64,000 nt of DNA, from positions 67,509 to 131,508 of the forward strand of contig JBCCQQ010000009.1 in NCBI GenBank assembly GCA_039024555.1. Reading direction: 5' to 3'. The notes under the pieces were generated by a model. That model ran no database searches. It was not told the origin of the DNA and was given only the letters and a program-made list of their open reading frames with translations. This document shows, in pieces, positions 60,805 through 64,000 of the stretch. Source of the DNA: Cyanobacteria bacterium P01_D01_bin.156. GTDB taxonomy: Bacteria > Cyanobacteriota > Cyanobacteriia > Phormidesmidales > Phormidesmidaceae. The position numbers and the translations under genes were made by a program. How positions within the stretch are numbered: the stretch's first letter is position 1; each line of letters begins with the position of its first letter.

Positions 60805-61695
60805 CTAGTCGAGGTTGCCCGGCTTCAATGGATACCCGTTGGAGTTATTCACTGCTGCAAAGACGGCTGAATAGTCTTGATTAGCTAATCCTTGCTCAAC
60901 AGCCTTTTGCACCATGTGGGCTACACTTTTGGCGACATCGGCGTTAAAGGTATCTGCCGCTTGGACAAACAGGTTCATGTCCTTAAGTAGGTGTTTCGCC
61001 GGAAAGTTTGGGTTGGCGAAGTTGCGATCGCACATTCGACCGAGCTTTTTATCAAAGGTGGGGGCATAGAGTGCGCTTTGACGCACAATGGCCATAAATT
61101 TATCAATGTCGATCTCTTCTTGCTGAACCAAGCTCAGGCTCATGGAAAAGGCGGTGGTCAATGTGCCAATCAGTTGGTTCATGGCAAGTTTGACACCACT
61201 GCCTGCCCCTACGGGACCCATCAGCTGAGGTTCAGGGCCAAAGCATTTAAGGATTGGCAGCCATTGGTCAAACTGCTCTGGCGTAGCTCCCACCATCACA
61301 ATTAGGCTGCCTGCTTGCGCTTCTGGGATGCTACCAAGCACCGGTGCTTCTAAATACTCCCCCCCGGCAGATGCCACGGCTTGGGCAAGGGCCTTACTTT
61401 CTTGAGGTGCAATAGTGCCCATTTGCAGGACTGTCCGACCGGCTAGCGTATCGAGTGCTTCAGGAGCCAGCAGACTATTCTGAATGGCGGTGATATCGGT
61501 GAGCATCAGAACGATCAGGCTATCTGCGGCAGCGATAGCAGCGATGGCGGTTTTGGTGGGTTTAATCCCCGTTTCTGCTAAAGCGTCTAGTTTTGTGAGT
61601 GTGCGGTTCCAGGCATATACTTGATGCCCAGCCGTTTGCAGCTGTCGAGCCATGGGTGCCCCCATCAGGCCTATGCCCAGAAAACCAATGTTCAC
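60805..61695 (-). CDS. NAD(P)-dependent oxidoreductase, 3-hydroxyisobutyrate dehydrogenase family
   Basis: GFLGIGLMG, WNRT, EAPVLGS, VKLAMN, LLKDM; GTG start with GGAG RBS. Confidence 0.92.
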   Translation of the reverse strand: MNIGFLGIGLMGAPMARQLQTAGHQVYAWNRTLTKLDALAETGIKPTKTAIAAIAAADSLIVLMLTDITAIQNSLLAPEALDTLAGRTVLQMGTIAPQESKALAQAVASAGGEYLEAPVLGSIPEAQAGSLIVMVGATPEQFDQWLPILKCFGPEPQLMGPVGAGSGVKLAMNQLIGTLTTAFSMSLSLVQQEEIDIDKFMAIVRQSALYAPTFDKKLGRMCDRNFANPNFPAKHLLKDMNLFVQAADTFNADVAKSVAHMVQKAVEQGLANQDYSAVFAAVNNSNGYPLKPGNLD

Positions 61696-61837
61696 CCTAT
61701 TCTCCTGTCACTATGTTGAACAATTTTAGATGTCCTGGGTATTGTCCAGGGGAACCGTAGAACTTAGAACTTTCACACTATCTAGTAGTCAATTACCTAT
61801 AAAGAAGGCGGTCCTGAGATCGCAATACAAAAACTAT

Positions 61838-62311
61838 ATGTTTAATTTTTATCGTACAAATGCTCTGGCAACTAAGGGGCGTCAGTTTCTATCCTTGAGC
61901 GTTTTAGCCTGCTGTTTAGTGCTCGCCAGCTGTACGCCTCAAGAGGAATGTGCGGCCATTAATGGTGCACTAGCCGACGGTAACTTGCGAATCCAAGCTA
62001 TTTATGAGGGCAACCGTGGTGGCCCTGGATACAATCAAGGCATTGAACGCCAGGTAGGCCGTGTCTATTACGACATCTCCCAGGTAATTGATGGTCTCAG
62101 ACTCTCTAACCCAACGTTACAGACCACTCAATTTCAGTTAGTTGAGGCCTATCAGTTAGCATCGGACTATCGTTTTCAGGCGGCTGATCTAATCGCAGAG
62201 AACCCAAGCCCCACTGCCGCTATTCAGTCTGAAATTCGCCAGCTTCAGTTGGACCCAGAAGCTGCCATTGGCGATGTGACGGGCAGCTTACGTCAGCGCT
62301 GCCCGTTGTGA
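61838..62311 (+). CDS. Hypothetical lipoprotein
   Basis: Lipobox LASC, helical body, Cys near each end; ORF open from 61730. Confidence 0.65.
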   Translation: MFNFYRTNALATKGRQFLSLSVLACCLVLASCTPQEECAAINGALADGNLRIQAIYEGNRGGPGYNQGIERQVGRVYYDISQVIDGLRLSNPTLQTTQFQLVEAYQLASDYRFQAADLIAENPSPTAAIQSEIRQLQLDPEAAIGDVTGSLRQRCPL

Positions 62312-62333
62312 TAGTGACTTGTCGGCTGGCGAT

Positions 62334-62975
62334 TTAGGCAGCCTCGGACAGCTGAATATTGGAGAACGTGAACTCCATATTGCCGTCATCAGCAGATGAG
62401 ATCGCGCGACGAGTCAAAATAAAGTAATCGCCTACCTTGTCATACTCATCTGTAAAATCACTTTTACCTTGCTTCTGTTCCCCAGTTTTTGGATCATGGT
62501 ACACAGAGTCATAGGTATGGGAGAGGTAACCGGCTCCAGTGTCGTGGGTGCTGAAGGTATTGATGGTCACCACAACACCGTGGATGTGACGATGTACAAG
62601 CACAACTTCATTGTTAAATACCTTGTATTTATCGCCCGTGGATTTACCTTCTACCAAAATTTCCACTGCGCCACGCTCATCCGTTTCGCCTAGAGCAAAG
62701 GTATTTTTGCCATGGGTCACTTCAAACTCACGACGCACGCGGTGAATCGCAACTTCCCAAAGTTGTCCCTTGACTAGCTTCAGCGCTGTCTCATCCTCAA
62801 TCTCGAAGACCTCAGCGGATAGATCAGGATTCACACGGGCTTTACCAACATAGGTTTGTTCGCCATGCTTAAATTCCACATCCGTTGTGTAGCCTGGAAA
62901 ATTACCATCCCAGGTATATCGATTTTCATAGGCAGCGCGCATGATGTCGCGGGCGGAAAGCTGTACAGCAGTCAT
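62334..62975 (-). CDS. DUF3386 family protein
   Basis: RAAYENRYTWD, IHRVRR.FE..HGKNTF, VHRHIHGVVVTINT. Confidence 0.88.
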   Translation of the reverse strand: MTAVQLSARDIMRAAYENRYTWDGNFPGYTTDVEFKHGEQTYVGKARVNPDLSAEVFEIEDETALKLVKGQLWEVAIHRVRREFEVTHGKNTFALGETDERGAVEILVEGKSTGDKYKVFNNEVVLVHRHIHGVVVTINTFSTHDTGAGYLSHTYDSVYHDPKTGEQKQGKSDFTDEYDKVGDYFILTRRAISSADDGNMEFTFSNIQLSEAA

Positions 62976-63065
62976 GGGTACTAGTAGTGATTACATCTAC
63001 CCTTTACTTTAGTCAGTTTTCTTCCCATTGCGCAGATGGATTCAGTCAAAGTTCACTCGGTAACT

Positions 63066-63716
63066 CTAATGAGTATCGTCCGTACCCCATAGCTGTGCCA
63101 AACGCTGGTCTCGACCACATCCAAATCTATAGAGACGGTAGCGTGTCGGATGAGTTTGATAGTAGTTTTGATGATAATCTTCAGCTGGGTAAAATGTTCC
63201 AGCAGGCACAATGCTAGTGGCGATTGGTTCCTCAAATAGTTCCGCGACTGCCTGTTTAGATGCCTCTGCCAGCTGTTGCTCAGTATCAGTCCCGTAAAAA
63301 ATGACCGAACGATACTGGCTGCCTTTATCGCAAAACTGTCCCTGGCTATCCAAGGGATCTACATTATGCCAAAAGACATCTAATAGGGTTTCGTAGCTAA
63401 CTTGTTCGGGGTCATACTCCACTTGCACGACTTCTGAATGGCCAGTTGTTCCTAAGGAAACCTGACGATAGCTAGGAGACACTACGGTTCCACCCATGTA
63501 GCCAGATGTCGTGTTGAGTACACCGGTAAGGTCATCAAAGGGATGCTCCATGCACCAAAAACAGCCACCTGCAAAGGTGGCCTGGGCAGGTTGTGCTAGA
63601 GCTACTGAAGGACTAAAAAATATTAGGGAGAGAATAACAAAGATCCCTATCAATACTCGTTGCACCTGCAGATACCACTGTTGCAGGTTACTAACTCTGG
63701 AAAAGATCACAATCAA
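63066..63716 (-). CDS. msrA: Peptide-methionine (S)-S-oxide reductase with N-terminal signal/anchor
   Basis: FAGGCFWCME, GYMGG, TGHSEVV, GSQYRS, AEDYHQNYY; start uncertain. Confidence 0.94.
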   Translation of the reverse strand: MIVIFSRVSNLQQWYLQVQRVLIGIFVILSLIFFSPSVALAQPAQATFAGGCFWCMEHPFDDLTGVLNTTSGYMGGTVVSPSYRQVSLGTTGHSEVVQVEYDPEQVSYETLLDVFWHNVDPLDSQGQFCDKGSQYRSVIFYGTDTEQQLAEASKQAVAELFEEPIATSIVPAGTFYPAEDYHQNYYQTHPTRYRLYRFGCGRDQRLAQLWGTDDTH

Positions 63717-63741
63717 TTAAATGAATAAGAATGGTTGGGAG

Positions 63742-63837
63742 TCAGGGGGTGACAATAACCGTGAGGGCGCAAGATAGAGCCATCAGCAGCCAGTAGTCAA
63801 CATACCGTTTAAACATAGGGCTGATTTTATGGCCCAT
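63742..63837 (-). CDS. Candidate 31-aa membrane micro-protein
   Basis: MGHKISPMFKRYVDYWLLMALSCALTVIVTP*, AGGAG about 12 nt upstream. Confidence 0.35.
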   Translation of the reverse strand: MGHKISPMFKRYVDYWLLMALSCALTVIVTP

Positions 63838-63862
63838 AGTAAATAATACTCCTACTCTATAT

Positions 63863-64000
63863 CAATACTCCGGACAGCATTAGGAGACGAGAACCCCGTA
63901 GTCACAAAGGCTTGAATAGTTGGGGTGTGATTTAATCAAAGTCTCGTCTAAGTCTAAGTTGCGAATAAACCTGTCCATCAGATGCTGATTGAGTTTGCGA
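63863..64000 (-). mobile_element. Probable end of an insertion sequence (DDE transposase C-terminus and terminal inverted repeat), truncated by the window
   Basis: Open frame from the window edge RKLNQHLMDRFIRNLDLDETLIKSHPNYSSLCDYGVLVS* (stop 63880-63882) resembles cyanobacterial transposase C-termini as I recall them; CAATACTCCGGACAG at 63863-63877 lies right after the stop, as expected for a terminal IR. Confidence 0.5.

Larger units (their letters stand above)
1187..61031. repeat. HIP1 octamer GCGATCGC dispersed throughout
   Basis: At least 25 copies counted (e.g. 1187, 2103, 4641, 9347, 12031, 15185, 20754, 28536, 36802, 45649, 58440, 61024); about 1 expected by chance. Confidence 0.95.

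Overview
64 kb of a cyanobacterial chromosome. Evidence: psaD, chlM, NtcA boxes and at least 25 HIP1 octamers (GCGATCGC). The glucosylglycerol-phosphate phosphatase gene suggests a salt-tolerant or marine strain; a Leptolyngbya-like filamentous host is an impression only. Most of the window is housekeeping: partial peptide ABC ATPase, egtC-egtB-egtD, chlM, nagA, purE, amt with an NtcA promoter, DICT-GAF kinase, dnaK-dnaJ, tRNA-Leu, pnp, tpiA, GGDEF, tilS, minCDE, ychF, ispH, psaD, trpE, stpA-ROK kinase, uppS, msrA, and a probable IS end at the right edge. The most interesting block is 52.3-60.6 kb. It holds an effector-less STAND NTPase with nine exact-period 144-bp (48-aa) TPR-like repeats whose variation is concentrated in one segment. 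It also holds an HTH-STAND-TPR regulator facing phased TCNGAC repeats, a long structured leader and a stand-alone uppS-family gene, plus a candidate sRNA. Other highlights: a candidate NtcA-controlled ncRNA (48.9-49.2 kb), two 31-aa micro-ORFs missed by the ORF track, a DnaK with a ~330-aa prion-like tail, and a PstS-like membrane protein with perilipin/LEA-like 11-mer repeats. All family calls come from reading motifs; no database searches were run.
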